Shown piece after piece: positions 1 through 12,069 of a stretch of DNA of 64,000 nt; position 1 is the stretch's first letter, and each line of letters starts with the position of its first letter. Below the pieces are notes generated by a model. It saw nothing but the letters and a program-made list of their open reading frames with translations, was not told the origin of the DNA and did no database searches. Position numbers and translations under genes: made by a program. This DNA is from Malacoraja senta (lineage: Eukaryota), in the NCBI GenBank assembly GCA_038087875.1, contig CM075994.1:248001-312000 (forward strand). The letters run 5' to 3'.

Positions 1-317
1 GTCATAGAGAGTCATAGTGTGATACAGTGTGGAGACAGCCCCTTCAGCCAAACTTGCCCACACCGGCCAAAATGTCCCAGCTACACTGGTCCCACCTGCC
101 AACATTTAGTCCATATCCCTCCAAATCCCTCATATCCATGTACCTGTCTAACTGCTTCTTAAATATTGGGATAGTCGCTGCCTCAACCACCTCCTCTGGC
201 AGCTCGTTCCATACATCCACCACCCTTTGTGTGAGAAAGTTACCCCTCAGATTCCTATTAATTCTTTTTCCCTTCACGGGTCCTTGACTCACCTACTCTG
301 GGCAAGACTCTGTGCAT

Positions 318-1499
318 GTGAACAAGTTTGAAACAAGTTTATTCATGGATAACCCCTTGAGATGGACAGTCATCTCGTTTTCGAGGGGGTCCAACATAGA
401 CCATACAGCACAAGACATAACATACATAGAGGCTCTCATTGACCCACCTACCCACACACCAATCCCAAAACCCCTCCATCCCCACTTGTTATAGTTTATA
501 ACAATTGTTAATTAACTTTACAAATCCAATAATAACAAAAGTTATGTGTTACAGCATAATGTTAGTGCATAATACCATATACCACCTATCATACATCGTA
601 CGTTAATACATACTATCAACATTATTACATAAAAGTTTGAGCTGACTGCGTTTCAAAGGAGTTTTCTTAGTTATGGCTTAATAACGGAAAAAAAATTAAT
701 ACTGAAATTTTGGAAAAATGCTCCTACGCCAACAATAAAAATGTGGACTTCTAATATGTCGGAATTGATACATCTAGAAGATATGAGATTCCTCCTAGCA
801 GGTAAACAAGACCAATTCCAAAAGATTTGGTCTCCATATATCAACTTATTACAAACATAGGGTGCAACAAAATGATGATAATAAATGGTTTTAGGTCCTG
901 GCGAGGGGTGAGTAAAGATATGAAGTAGGTGCATCCCTTTCATACAATCCTATCTTATTTTCTTTTTTCTCTTTTTTTTCTTTCTCTTTTCTTCTTTAAC
1001 TACTTCATGTGGTTTAGGTTCACATGTGTGTTCCTGGGCCACTTTTCATTCACTCACTGACAGTCTTTGCTAGCTCTTTCTATCCTTTTTTTCTATTAAA
1101 GTTGAAAAACAGAAGTGGTACAAGAACTGTATAAATTTATGTTATTGCAGATTACTGTAATGTAAAATACTTCTCATAAATAAAAAAATTTTAAAAAAAT
1201 TAAAAAAAACATTACATAATATATTATTTCATGATATTGTGACATAATACAATATAAGACCTTGTTACACTATGCAGTACAATAATACATAAGTGTAATG
1301 GCCATGCATATACAATAGTTATGCCAAATGATCACACTCAGAGCAAGCTAGATAAAGGAGCTCGAAGACTCTAATACTAGAAACAGGTACATGGTTTTAT
1401 AAGGAAAGGTAAAAGTGTATTTTTAAATAGACGAAATGAGCTAATAGTTCTTATGGTACTAGGCAGAGTGTTCCAGTCAGAAGGAGCTTTGTATTTAAA
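318..1499 (-). mobile_element. L2-group LINE 3' end
   Basis: AFKYKAPSDWNTLPSTIRTISSFRLFK C-terminal motif (1377-1500), AATAAA and short tandem tail near 320-345. Confidence 0.6.
633..1210 (+). mobile_element. L1-clade LINE 3' fragment
   Basis: YGLITEKKLILKFWKNAPTPTIKMW...LLQT* (672-860), homologous to 44514-45017. A-rich tail and TSD ATTACATAA at 624-632 and 1211-1219. Confidence 0.8.
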
Positions 1500-1839
1500 T
1501 GCATCTACTCTATCAATGCCTCTCATCATCTTATAAGCCTCTACAAGATCACCCCTCAACCTCCTGTGCTCCACAGAATAGAGTCACAGCCTACTCAATC
1601 TATGCCTATAGCTCAGACCCTCCAGCCCTGGCAACATCCTTGTAAAATTTAGTTTAGAGATACAGCGCGGTAACAGGCCCTTCGGCGCACCGTCCTCACC
1701 AACTAGTGATCCACATACATTAACACTATCCTACACTAGGGACAATTTTTACATTTATACCAAGCCAATTCACCTGCAAACCTGTACGTCTTTGGAGTGT
1801 GGGAGGAAACCAATGTTCACAGAGAAAACCCATGCAGGG

Positions 1840-2075
1840 AATGGGAAACGAGAGATATAGACAGTGATGTGGAGAGATAAAGAACAATGAATGAAAGATA
1901 TGCAAAAAAGTAATGATAAAGGAAACAGGCCATTGTTAGCTGTTTGTACGGTGAAAACGAGAAGCTGGTGCGACGGGTGCGGGAGGGATGGAGAGAGAGG
2001 GAATGCCAGGGCTACCTGAAGTGAGAGAAATCAATGTTCATACCACTCGGCTCTAAGCTGCCCAAGCGAAATATA
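1840..2075 (-). mobile_element. Penelope-like element 3' end
   Basis: Reverse strand gives IFRLGSLEPSGMNIDFSHFR*. Same repeat at 36740-36975 and 57455-57750. Confidence 0.7.
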
Positions 2076-2399
2076 TTTATTCTGAATAAAATTGATTCCA
2101 TCTGGACATTAGGATTAATTCAACATTCTCATAGAACTGAACCCACAAACAATAGCAATCTTTGAACTCATGCCGTTTTTTTTCCCTTTTTTTACATACA
2201 AATCAAAATCACTCATTTGCCACACCTCATACAATATGCTGAATTACACAGATATTCACACATTTCAAATATGTTTTTACCCCACATATACAAGGGTGCC
2301 TAATATAAGGATATTTCTGTGAACACTACGATACGACGCTAATGAATGTATGCTCAGCCTCTGAGAATGTCAGAAGAAATTTCGCACTGTTCTTGTTTT

Positions 2400-2875
2400 C
2401 ATAAGGTCCTAAAGTCATAATTGAGAGGAGTAGACTTAGGCCATTCTGCCCATCAAGTCTACTCTGCCATTCAATCATGGCTGATCCATCTCTCCCTCCT
2501 AACCCCATTCTCCTACCTACTCCCCATTACCTCTGACACCTGTACTAATCGAAAATCTATCTATTTCTGCCTTAGAAATATCCACTGACTTGGCCACAGC
2601 TTTCTGTGGCCAAGAATTCCACAGATTCACCACCCTCTAAAAAAGTGTCTCCTCATCTCCTTCCTAAAAGAATGTACTTTAATTCTGAGGTTATGACCTC
2701 TGGTCCTAGACTCTCCCACTGGTGGAAATATCCTCTCCACATCCACTCTATCCAAGCCTTTCACTACTCTGTATGTTTCAATGAGGTCGCCCCTCATACT
2801 TCTAAACTCCAGCGAATACAGGGCCATGCCGACAAACATCACAGGTTAACTTGCACATTCCTGGGATCATTCTTT
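2400..2875 (-). mobile_element. CR1 LINE 3' fragment
   Basis: LYSLEFRSMRGDLIETY...SRTRGHNL motif and (ATAAGGTC)-like tail. Confidence 0.85.
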
Positions 2876-3024
2876 TCTATTTATTTGTTCTGCTGAATAA
2901 AGTTGATTTTGGTTTTTAAATAATCTATATTTACTAAAGCAAAATGCAGGAAAATTATCAATAAAGTCTTTATGTATCTGGATTGGCAGCCTATTATACC
3001 TCTCATTTACTTTTCATTATACTT

Positions 3025-3665
3025 CGCAGACACTCAGCATAGGAGAACCGCAAGGCTGTGTACTCTCCCCTCTCCTCCACTCTCTCGTCTACACCAATGA
3101 CTGCACCCCCATTGACTCCTCTGTCAGGCTTCTCAAGTTTGCGGACGACATAACCCTGATTGGACTGATCTAGGATGGGGAGGAATCTGCCTACATACAG
3201 GAAGTGACACAGCTGGCGTCCTGGTGCCATCGCAACAACCTGGAGCTCAAGCTTTGTGTCTCTCCCTGGTCACCGCCAGAGTCTGAGTCACGGGTTGGTG
3301 CGGGGTAAAGTAGTCACAGACAGCGTCAGTGAAAATGTTCAACCCCTCAAGCTTCAGGACAAGGGCACTGATCTATTTGCCCGGTATGCAAAATGCAGGG
3401 GGTCCAGCAGGGGGTTTGTGATATTTTTGGGCCAGCACGTCTTTCAAGGGTCTTCATGATTACAGAGGTCAGTGCGACAGGCCTGTAGTCATTAAGACCA
3501 GTAATCCTTGGCTTTTTGGGTAGGGGAACAATAGTGGAGACTTTGAAGCAGGCAGGGACAGTGCAGGTTTGCAGGGACCTATTGAAAATATCTGTGTAGA
3601 CTGGTGCCAGTTGTTCGGCACAGAGCTTGAGGGTAGAGGGGGAAACATTGTGCGGTCCTGGGCCC
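3025..3665. mobile_element. Rex1/Babar-type LINE RT fragments in opposite orientations
   Basis: Plus 3025-3255: PQGCVLSP..KFADDITL. Minus 3260-3665: [25 protein letters not shown]. Confidence 0.75.
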
Positions 3666-4410
3666 AAAACTGCTCACAATGCGATCATACTAGCACCTTT
3701 TAAAGCCTGAGCATTACATCCTTGTTTTTATATTCTAGTCCTCTCGAAATAAATGTTAACATTGCGCTCACTACCGATTGAACTTGCAAATTAACCTTTT
3801 GGGAATTCTTCACCAGCACTCCCAAGTCCCTTTGCACCTCCGATTTCTGAATCCAATCCCCATTTAGAAAAAAGTCTACGCCTTTATGTCTACCTTTAAA
3901 ATGCACAACTGCACAATTTGCTACATTGTTTTCCATGAGCCTTCAAGATGAGAGGCTCCGATTTCTGCACTCGTACATTGAACAAGGTGCACATTTGAGC
4001 AATGGAGAGACAGATATTAGAGAATTGACAGTGCACCTCTCTGATCTGTAGATGTTTCCCTGTGAATGAGCTATTATGAATGAATACTTTACTGTCACAG
4101 GTATGCAAATAGTCGACTGTCAAGGGCGCTTACAAAGTTACAAAGTACACCTTCGCCAGGTCCCCTCTTGCTCTCCCCCCTCCCCCATGGCAGTCCCCCC
4201 ACGCCAGCTCCTTTGTTCCGTTCCTCGGCAATGGTGTCCTCACTTCCACGTGGTCCATCCTCGTCTGTCGGTCAGCGCCATCATCGCCGGCTGCACGGAC
4301 CTCTCCACTATTGCTGCTGGGTCCTCTCCGGACGTCTCCGTGGCACCGACCCACAGCCGTTAGCAGGATCTGACAGTACACTTATCGTTCATAAGTGATA
4401 TGAGCAGAAT

Positions 4411-4620
4411 TGTGCAGGTAGGAACTTCAGATGCTGGTTTACACTGGAGGTAGACGCAAAATGCTAGAATAACTCAGCGGGACAGGCAGCATCTCTGGAG
4501 AGAAGGAATGGGTGAGGTTTCGGGTCTGAAGAAGTGGCTAGACCTGAAACGTCACCCATTCGTTTCATCCAGAGATGCTGCCTGTCCCGCTGAGTTACTC
4601 CAGCATTTTGTGTCTACCTA
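4411..4620. repeat. Palindromic Penelope-terminal-repeat-derived element with central hammerhead-like core
   Basis: Inverted arms of ~78 bp (4448-4525 and 4541-4619), CTGAAGA at 4526, GAAACGTC downstream. Confidence 0.75.
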
Positions 4621-5249
4621 CACATAATACACACATAGGTACACACGCACGTGGCACGCATGCACACAAAACACACATAAGTATGTGCACGGCATGCATG
4701 GACACACATAAATACACACACAAGGCGCACACAGATACACATAAAAATACACACACTCATCAGTCTGAAGAAGGGTCTCGACCGAAAAATGTCACCCATT
4801 CCTTCTCTCCAGAGATATTGCCTGTCCTGCTGAGTTACTTCAGCATTTTGCTTCTATCTTAAATACACACAGATACAGGTGGGGAATTCCTTCACGTTTC
4901 GGGTCGAGACCCATCTTCAGAAGAACTCAATGGCCTGCAATGACCAGTATACCGCTGAGTTACTCCAGCATTTTGTGTCTATCGTACGAGCAGATTTAGG
5001 CCATTCAGCCCAGCAAGTCTACTCTGACATTCAATCAATCATTCCATCTAAACGCCATCTCCTGCCTTCTCCCCATAACCTCTGACACATGTACTAATGA
5101 GGAATCTATCTATCTCTGCTTTAGAAAATATCCATTGACATAACATCCACAGTCATCTGTGGCAATGAATCCCACAGAATCACCACCCTCTGACTGACTC
5201 TACACCACCACATACAAGGACACGGTTTTACCAGAGAATGAATACTCAC

Positions 5250-5343
5250 CATGTACCAACAGAGCGCTAAACACGAGAACCGCTGTGATCACTAAGATAG
5301 CGGCTGGGTATAATCCAACCCGAGCTCTGGGATTGAGCATGAT
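5250..5343 (-). CDS. Transmembrane-like exon (..RARVGLYPAAILVITAVLVFSALLVH), out of phase with the C2 exon
   Basis: TTTTGTTGTAG acceptor, GTGAGT donor, 94 nt. Hydrophobic helix reads only with phase-0 entry; phase-1 entry reaches TAG at 5269-5267. Confidence 0.65.
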
Positions 5344-5547
5344 CTACAACAAAATAAATCACCTTTGGTTACATCTTGTAGATATCAATTTAAATGTCCA
5401 TGATGCAGAGAAGACTTCCCTTTGTATCTATCATGTTTTTGATTCAATTCAATGATTGAGTGATATTTTATTGTCACGTATCTAGGTATATTAAAGTTCT
5501 TTGATTTTGGTGTACAGTCCATAATCACACAGCAGACTTCTCCTCGA

Positions 5548-5850
5548 CAGCGGTAGAGTTGCTGCCTTACAGCGCTGGAGACCCGGGTTCAATCCTGACT
5601 ACGGGTGCTGTCTGTATGGAGTTTGCACGTTCTCCCCGTGACCTGCGTGGGATTTCTCCGAGATCTTCTTTCCTCCCACACTCCAAAGGCGTACAGGTAT
5701 GTAGGTTAATTGGCTTAGTATAAGTGTAAATTGTCACTAGTGTGTGGAGGATAGTGTTAATATGCGGGGATCGCTGATTGGTACGGACTCGGTGGGCAGA
5801 AGAGCCTGTTTCCATGATGTATCTCTAAACATAACAAAACTAAACCAAAC
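5548..5850 (+). mobile_element. tRNA-derived V-SINE (HE1-like)
   Basis: B-box GGTTCAATCC, V-domain GGAGTTTGCACGTTCTCCCCGTG...TTTCCTCCCAC, CR1-like tail ending in (CTAAA)n. Confidence 0.85.
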
Positions 5851-6099
5851 GTGGACAACCCGAGTCTCGCAGAAAACCTGGGTCTCTGGCGCTGTAAGCG
5901 TTGGAAGGCTGCAACTCTAACGCTGCGCTGCCATGCCGCCTTGTTGGACAATTGTTCCTATCTTGCTTCCCCACGATGCATTCTCTTGGGTTAAATGGAT
6001 TAAAAACTACTTATCTTCCTTATAATTTTCAAAATTTCCTACATCACGTCTGGAGAGATATTTATCCACACAGGGAAAGCAGAATGAGAAATCATGTGA

Positions 6100-6560
6100 A
6101 TTATAGGAAATATGTTGTCAAGCTGGAAAGGACTGAAGATTTACAAGGATGTTAACAGGGGTAGAGGGTCTGAGGTGCAGGGAGAGGGTGTAGGTTGTGA
6201 CTCTAATCTTTGGAGCAGCAGGATGAAAAAAATCATGAGAGGAATAGAGACTCTTGCTCAGAGTAAGTGAATCGTGGACCAAAGGACGTAGTTTTAAGGT
6301 GAAGGAGAAAAGATTTAAGAGGAATCTGAGTGGTAACTTTTTCACACAAAGGGTGGTGGGTGTATGGAACAAGCTGCCAGAGGAGGTAGTTGAGGCAGGG
6401 ACTATCCCAACATTTAAGAGACAGTTGGACAGGTACATGATAGCACAAGTTTGGAGGGATATGGACCAAACGTAGGCAGGTGGGACGAGTGTAGCTGGGA
6501 CAGGTGGCCAAGATGGGCCGAAGGGCCTATTTCCACACTGTATCACTCTATGACACTAAG
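6100..6560 (+). mobile_element. CR1 LINE 3' fragment
   Basis: RFKRNLSGNFFTQRVVGVWNKLPEEVVEA. Confidence 0.85.
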
Positions 6561-6743
6561 GATAAGATGGTCATCCAATTCAATTAGAATTCAGGGGGAT
6601 GTTATATGTCTGGAGAGTACTTGGAGTGTAGAGTGACATACGCTGATAAGGACAGATAACAAGTGCGGAGAGGGGCTCTTGTGTCGCACAAACATCAACA
6701 TGGGACAAATGGCCAGCATCTGTGCAATAGACCTTTACAACTT

Positions 6744-7045
6744 GGGTTGCACGATAGTGCAGTGGTTGAGTTGCTGCCTTACAGTGCCAGAGACCCTGAG
6801 TTCAGTCATGACTACGGGTCCTTGTCTGCACGGAGTTTGTATGTTCTCCCAGTGACCTGCGTGGGTTTTCTCCCACACTCCAAAGAAGTGCCGGTTTGTA
6901 GGTTAATTGACTTTGGTATAATTGTAAATTGTCCCTCGTGTGTAGGATAGTGTTAGTGTGCGGGGATGCCTGGTCGGACTCGATGGACAGAAGCACATGT
7001 TTCCGTGTTGAATCTCTGTACCTATAAACTAGACTAGAAGTTAAA
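6744..7045 (+). mobile_element. V-SINE (HE1-like); an opposite-strand copy follows at 7115-7330
   Basis: tRNA-like head, V-domain, tail. Confidence 0.8.
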
Positions 7046-7618
7046 CACACCAGGGAGAACGGAGTGATATCTTATGCTGATAAGGTCAAATAACAAGAGT
7101 GGGGAGGAGTTCTTTAGTTTTATTTAGTTTGGTTTGGATATACTATGCAGAAACAGGCTCTTCGGCCCATCGAGTTCGCACCGACCACCGATCCCTGCAC
7201 ATTAACACAATCGTACAGTAGAGATATTTTTAAAAACTTTGATACCAATCCAATCAACCTACAAACATGTACATCTTGAGTGTAGGAGGAAATCCTTGCA
7301 GGTCACGGGGAGAACGTATAAACTCCGTACAGATGATTAAGGAACGTCTTTCCCGACTCTCAGTCTGAGGAAGTGTCTCTACCCGAATCGTCAACTATTC
7401 CTTTTCTCCAGAGATGCTGTCAGACCCGCTGAGTTACTCCAGCTTTTTGTGTCTATCATGTATTATTTAAAACAGCCCGTAGCCAGGATCATACCTGGGT
7501 CTCTGACGCCGTACGAGCTGTGAGGCAGCAACTCTACCACTGCACCACTGTGCCACTTCTTGCGTAACATAAACATTGTGGGTCAAATAGACCTTTGCCA
7601 ATACCGTGACAGACTTAC

Positions 7619-7888
7619 CCTCGATGACCAGCTGGTAGGTGCTGTTGTTTCGATTGACTTGGTTTTCCATGCTGCATGTGTAATAGCCAGAGTCTGATTT
7701 CTCTGCGTTCCAAATGGTAAATGTTACATTCCCATCAGACAGGGACTGCCGTGGGCTCACTGGGAGGACAACTCCTTCTCTGCTCCACAGAATGGAAGTA
7801 GCTCTCCCTCTGTGCACCTTGTAGTTCAGCACAGCCGTGTGGTTCTCAGGGTTGTAATCACAGGAGATGGATGGTGTGGAGAGAGGAT
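7619..7888 (-). CDS. C2/I-type Ig domain exon
   Basis: 270-nt phase 1-1 exon, TTCTCCAG acceptor and GTAAGT donor. Peptide DPLSTPSISCDYNPENHTAVLNYKV..ILWSREG..LSDGNVTFTI..DSGYYTCSMENQVNRNNSTYQLVIE with several NxS/T sequons. Confidence 0.9.
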
Positions 7889-8427
7889 CTGGAGAACAAC
7901 AGAGTCAATGAGCCAAGACACAAACTCCCTTTTTTAGACCTTAAGTATACAAAGGTAAATCCAGATTTATTAAAGGGATCTACAAGAGTCACTGCCTCAA
8001 AAATGCAGCCAGCATCATCAGAGACCCACACCACCGTGGCCACGCTCCTTTGCATTTTGAGGAGGTAGAGGTGTTGGCCTGCTTTCCTGACCATTGCTGT
8101 GATATGGGTGGTCCAGGACGAGACACTGGTGATGTTTACTCCTCTGAACCTAAAATGTTCAACCATCTCTACTTCGACCCCATATTTGCATACTCGGGTA
8201 TGTGAACCGCTTCCTTTCTGAACTCGTTCACTACCTCCAAGGTTGTTGTCATGTCTCGAGGTCCTCACCCCCATCTCTCTCACACCCCATTTAGGACTAT
8301 GCCCTCTAGGTTAGGTGGACACTTCTCAAACATCTCCCACAATATAATGATTCACATTTCTCACCCACCATCTGCCATCAGCCTGATTATATACCACCAG
8401 GTATATAATCAGCTGATAATACCACCA

Positions 8428-9140
8428 GGGGCGCTGCATGATTGGCAGCCTCACAAAAAGTTTGTCTGTCTTTTCGTCAATTTTGTGTTATTTTTAGTGT
8501 GTTTTAAAGTTTGTGTAAATGTTCTCCGGTTTGTTTTATGGGTGGGGGAGGGGGTCCGGGGAAATTGTTTTTCAGTCTCTTACCTTGCCGGAGATGCGAT
8601 TGTTTTCCGGGTCGTATCTCCGGTTGCTCTGCGGCCTAACATCGTGGAGCTGGAGGCCTTGCTCGGGACTGACTTTGAGCCCTACCACGGGGCATGGACT
8701 CACCATCGGAGCCTACGGACTTTAACATCAAGGACTCGCAGTCTGGGGAGAGACCGAGTCAGGAGCTCCAATGACGCAGAAAGTTCGTCAGACCCGACCC
8801 GGGGTCCGATCGCTTGGCGCGGGGGAGCTGATATCCCCCCCGATACAGGTGCTGGATCGCCCCGACGAGGAAGGCCTGCCGCCGGCTACGGGAGTAAGAT
8901 CGTCCCGTCAACAGAAGGCTCGAGGCTCCCAACCACGGGAGAACAAAGAAGGGAAGAGATTGAACTTTTTTTTTCGCCTTCCATCGCAGTGAGGAATGTG
9001 GAGGAGTCACTGTGGTGGATGTTTATGTTAAAATGTATTTTGTGTGTTCTGTTGCTTTTTATTTGTACGACTGACTCGGCAAATGAAATTCCTCGTATGC
9101 TGTAAAACATACTTGGCTAATAAAGTATTATTGTATTGTA
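8428..9140 (+). mobile_element. Non-autonomous GC-rich retroposon with LINE-like 3' tail
   Basis: Shares the CCATC(G/A)CAGTGAGGA...TCACTGTGGTGGATGTTTA block with 37465-38170(-) and 43785-44123(+). Ends in AATAAA plus (ATTGT)n. Confidence 0.6.
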
Positions 9141-9949
9141 TATTCTTTTCATGTCTATTAATTACATTCCATTGAGTCGATCTACACCACGTTGCCTCGG
9201 CAAGGCCACCAGCATCTTCAAAGACGAGGCTAATCCTTGACACTCCTTCTCACATCAGAAATGATACACAGAATTGTGAAACACCTATCTCCAGATTCAG
9301 GGACAGTTTCTTCCCAGCTGTTATCAAGCAACTGAACCATCCTATCACCACCGAGAGTGGTCCTGAGCTACCATATACCTCATTGGAGAGCCACAGAATG
9401 TATTTATTCAGACTTTACTAGACATTATCTTGCACTAAACGTTATTTCATTTATCCTGTAAGTGTACACTGCAGACAGCTTGATTGTAATCATGTATAGT
9501 CTTTTGGCTGACTGGATAGCACGCAACAAAAAGCTTTTCACTGTACCTCGGTACATATGACAATAAACTAAACAAAAGTAAATTAAACTTCCCAGATCAA
9601 TGCTTCTAGGTTTGCTCATTTTCTGATTATATGGATTACATCATATAAACTTAAATCCCAATTATTTAAATGTGTTCAAGAAAATAGTAATCCTAGCAGG
9701 TTAGTCATCTAAAATTGGAGAATACATTAGCTTGTAAGATCCTGTCAACTCCAATAATCAACCGTTCACGATGCCACTTGGGTATCTTAGAACCCAATAG
9801 TATGAACATTAAATTCTCCAATTTCAAATAATAACCCCCATACCTACCTTCCCCTTCCCTGTGACACACCCCTCCCCTCACCCTTGTCATGCCCATTTTA
9901 CTCACTAACTTCCATCCTCCCAGTCACCGTAATCTCCTCGCTGACACCC

Positions 9950-10730
9950 CATATCCCTCCAAACCTGTCCCATCCATGTACCTGTCTAATTGTTTCTTAA
10001 ATGTTCCAATAGTCCCAGCCTAAACTACTTCCTCTGGAATATCGTTCCATACCCCTACCAGCCTTTGTGTGAAAAAGTCACCCCTCAGACTTCTATTAAA
10101 TCTTTCCCCCTTCACTTTAAACCCAGTCCCTATTCCCCCACTTTGGGCAAGAGACTCTGTGTCCACCCAATCTACTCATCTCATGATTTTATACACCTCC
10201 ATAAGATCACCCCTCCTCCTGTACTCCAAGGAATAGAGTTCCAGCCTGCTAAACCTCTCCCTATAGCTCATATCCTCGAGTCTTGGCAACATTCTCGTAC
10301 AACCTCTCTGTACTCTTTCCAACTTGACAACATCTTTCCTGTAACATGGTGCCCAGAACTGAACACAATAGTCTAAAATGCAGCCTCACCAATGCAACTG
10401 CAGCATGACCTCCCAACTTCTATACTCAATACTCTGACTGATGAAGGACAATGTGCCAAAAGCCTTTTTGACCTGCTTATCTATCTGTGACTCCACCTTC
10501 AATGAACTATGTACCTGCTCTCCTTGACCTCTCTGCTCTACAATACTCTCCAGAGCCCTACCATTCACTGTGTAGGTCCTGCCCATGTTGGACTTTCCAC
10601 AATGCAACAATTCACATTTCTCTGTTAAATTCCATCAACAGTTCCTCAGACCACCTGGCCCACCGATCAAGATTCTGTTGCCATTTTTGACATCCGTCTT
10701 CACTATCTGCAAAACCACCCACCTTTGTAT
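9950..10730 (-). mobile_element. CR1 LINE fragment
   Basis: VHSSLKVESQIDKQVKKAFGTLSFISQSIEYRSWEVMLQL. Confidence 0.8.
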
Positions 10731-10994
10731 CCTCCACAAACTTGTAAAGTCTATTCATTTATTTAGCTTAACAAAATTTATACAAAGACCTGTGGATATG
10801 GCTGCCTTCAATATGTGTATAATGCATAAATAGTGGAGACCATCTTAAAGATAAAATCCTTAGTTCAGAGTAATTTAGTGACCTTTTCAAAAAGAAAATC
10901 CTCACCTGCGCTTTCTACCATGGAGTAGAAAAAATCAAATCGATATTGCAGATAGACATAAGTGACTCAGCGGGTCAGACAGCATCTCTATCTG

Positions 10995-11505
10995 GATGCA
11001 TCACAGCTTGATTTGGGATCAGCTACACGAGGAACGCATGCAAATTGTGGACGCAGCCCAGACCATCACACAAACCAACCTCCCTTCCATTGACCACATT
11101 TATAAATCATGCTGCCTCGGCAAGGCCAGCAGCATAATCAAAGATGAATCGCACCTTGGCCACTACCTCTTCTCCCCTCAGGGAAAAAGGTACAGAAGTG
11201 TGAAAACGCACACCTCCAGATTCAGGGAGTTTCTACCCAACTGTTATCAGGCAACTGAATCATCCTACCACAACAAGAGAGCAGTGCTGAACTACTATCT
11301 ACCTCGTGGTGACCCTCGGACTAGCTCTGATTGGATTTTACGGACTTTACCTTACACTAAACATTATTCCCTTATCATGTATCTGTACACTGTGGATGGC
11401 TGGATTGTAATTATGTATTGTCTTTCCACTGACTGGTTAGCATGCAACAAAAGCTTTTCACTGTACCTCAGTACATATGACGATAAACTAAACTGAACTG
11501 AACTG
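10995..11505 (+). mobile_element. Rex1/Babar-type LINE 3' end (related copies at 9175-9580 and 50140-50540)
   Basis: AQTITQTNLPSIDHIY..CLGKASSIIKDESH..GKRYRSVKTHTSRF, (AACTG)n tail. Confidence 0.75.
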
Positions 11506-11659
11506 GATGCTGAGTTGGTGTGAGAAAAGAGGGCAAATTTGAGAGTGGGAATGCGTGGTGAGGAGAAAGCAAGGCATACCCACAGATATTTGGGATCAAG
11601 CACAAACATTTATTACATTTTGTTTTGTTGTCACCTGCAACATTGCTTCAGATCAGGAA

Positions 11660-11957
11660 GGGCGGTACGGTGGCGCAGCGGTAGAGCTGCTGCCTTACTG
11701 CGCCAGAGACCAGGGTTTGATCGTGACTGTGGGTGCTAGTTCTCCCCGTGACCTGCGTGAGTTTTCTCAGAGATCTTCGGTTTCCTCCCACATACCAGAG
11801 ACGTACAGGATTATATGTGATTTGTTTTGGCGTAAATGTAAAAATGTAAAATTGTCCCTAGTGTGTGCAGCGTTGTGTTAATGGGATCACTGGTCGGTGT
11901 GGACTCGGTGGGCCAAAGTGCCTATTTCTATGATGTATCTCTGAACTAAACTCAACT
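11660..11957 (+). mobile_element. V-SINE (HE1-like)
   Basis: GGGCGGTACGGTGGCGCAGCGGTAGAG head and V-domain. Confidence 0.85.
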
Positions 11958-12069
11958 TAATTGAGCTTCAAGGCAATTAATACAGGAAAAGAAATCATGC
12001 TTGGAAAATGTCGACTCAGCACACTGTCACCATCTCATTTAAATAATTACAAACCCTCTGGCTACTTAC

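Larger units (their letters stand above)
1..1650 (-). mobile_element. CR1 LINE 3' fragment (1-317 and 1500-1650), split by nested insertions
   Basis: RNLRGNFLTQRVVDVWNELPEEVVEA motif, (GAGTCATA)n tail, TGCAT repeated at 313-317 and 1500-1504. Confidence 0.8.

Noticed and set aside
2326..2410. Apparent last exon GPYENKNS... with a YxN motif
   Set aside because: The acceptor and GPY codons fall in the (ATAAGGTC)-like tail of the adjacent CR1.
3896..4059. Candidate cytoplasmic exon GKHLQIREVH...
   Set aside because: Weak polypyrimidine tract, no recognisable motif, and it runs into CR1. Unresolved rather than supported.
8251..9105. 284-aa ORF
   Set aside because: Overlaps a dispersed GC-rich repeat and has no domain.
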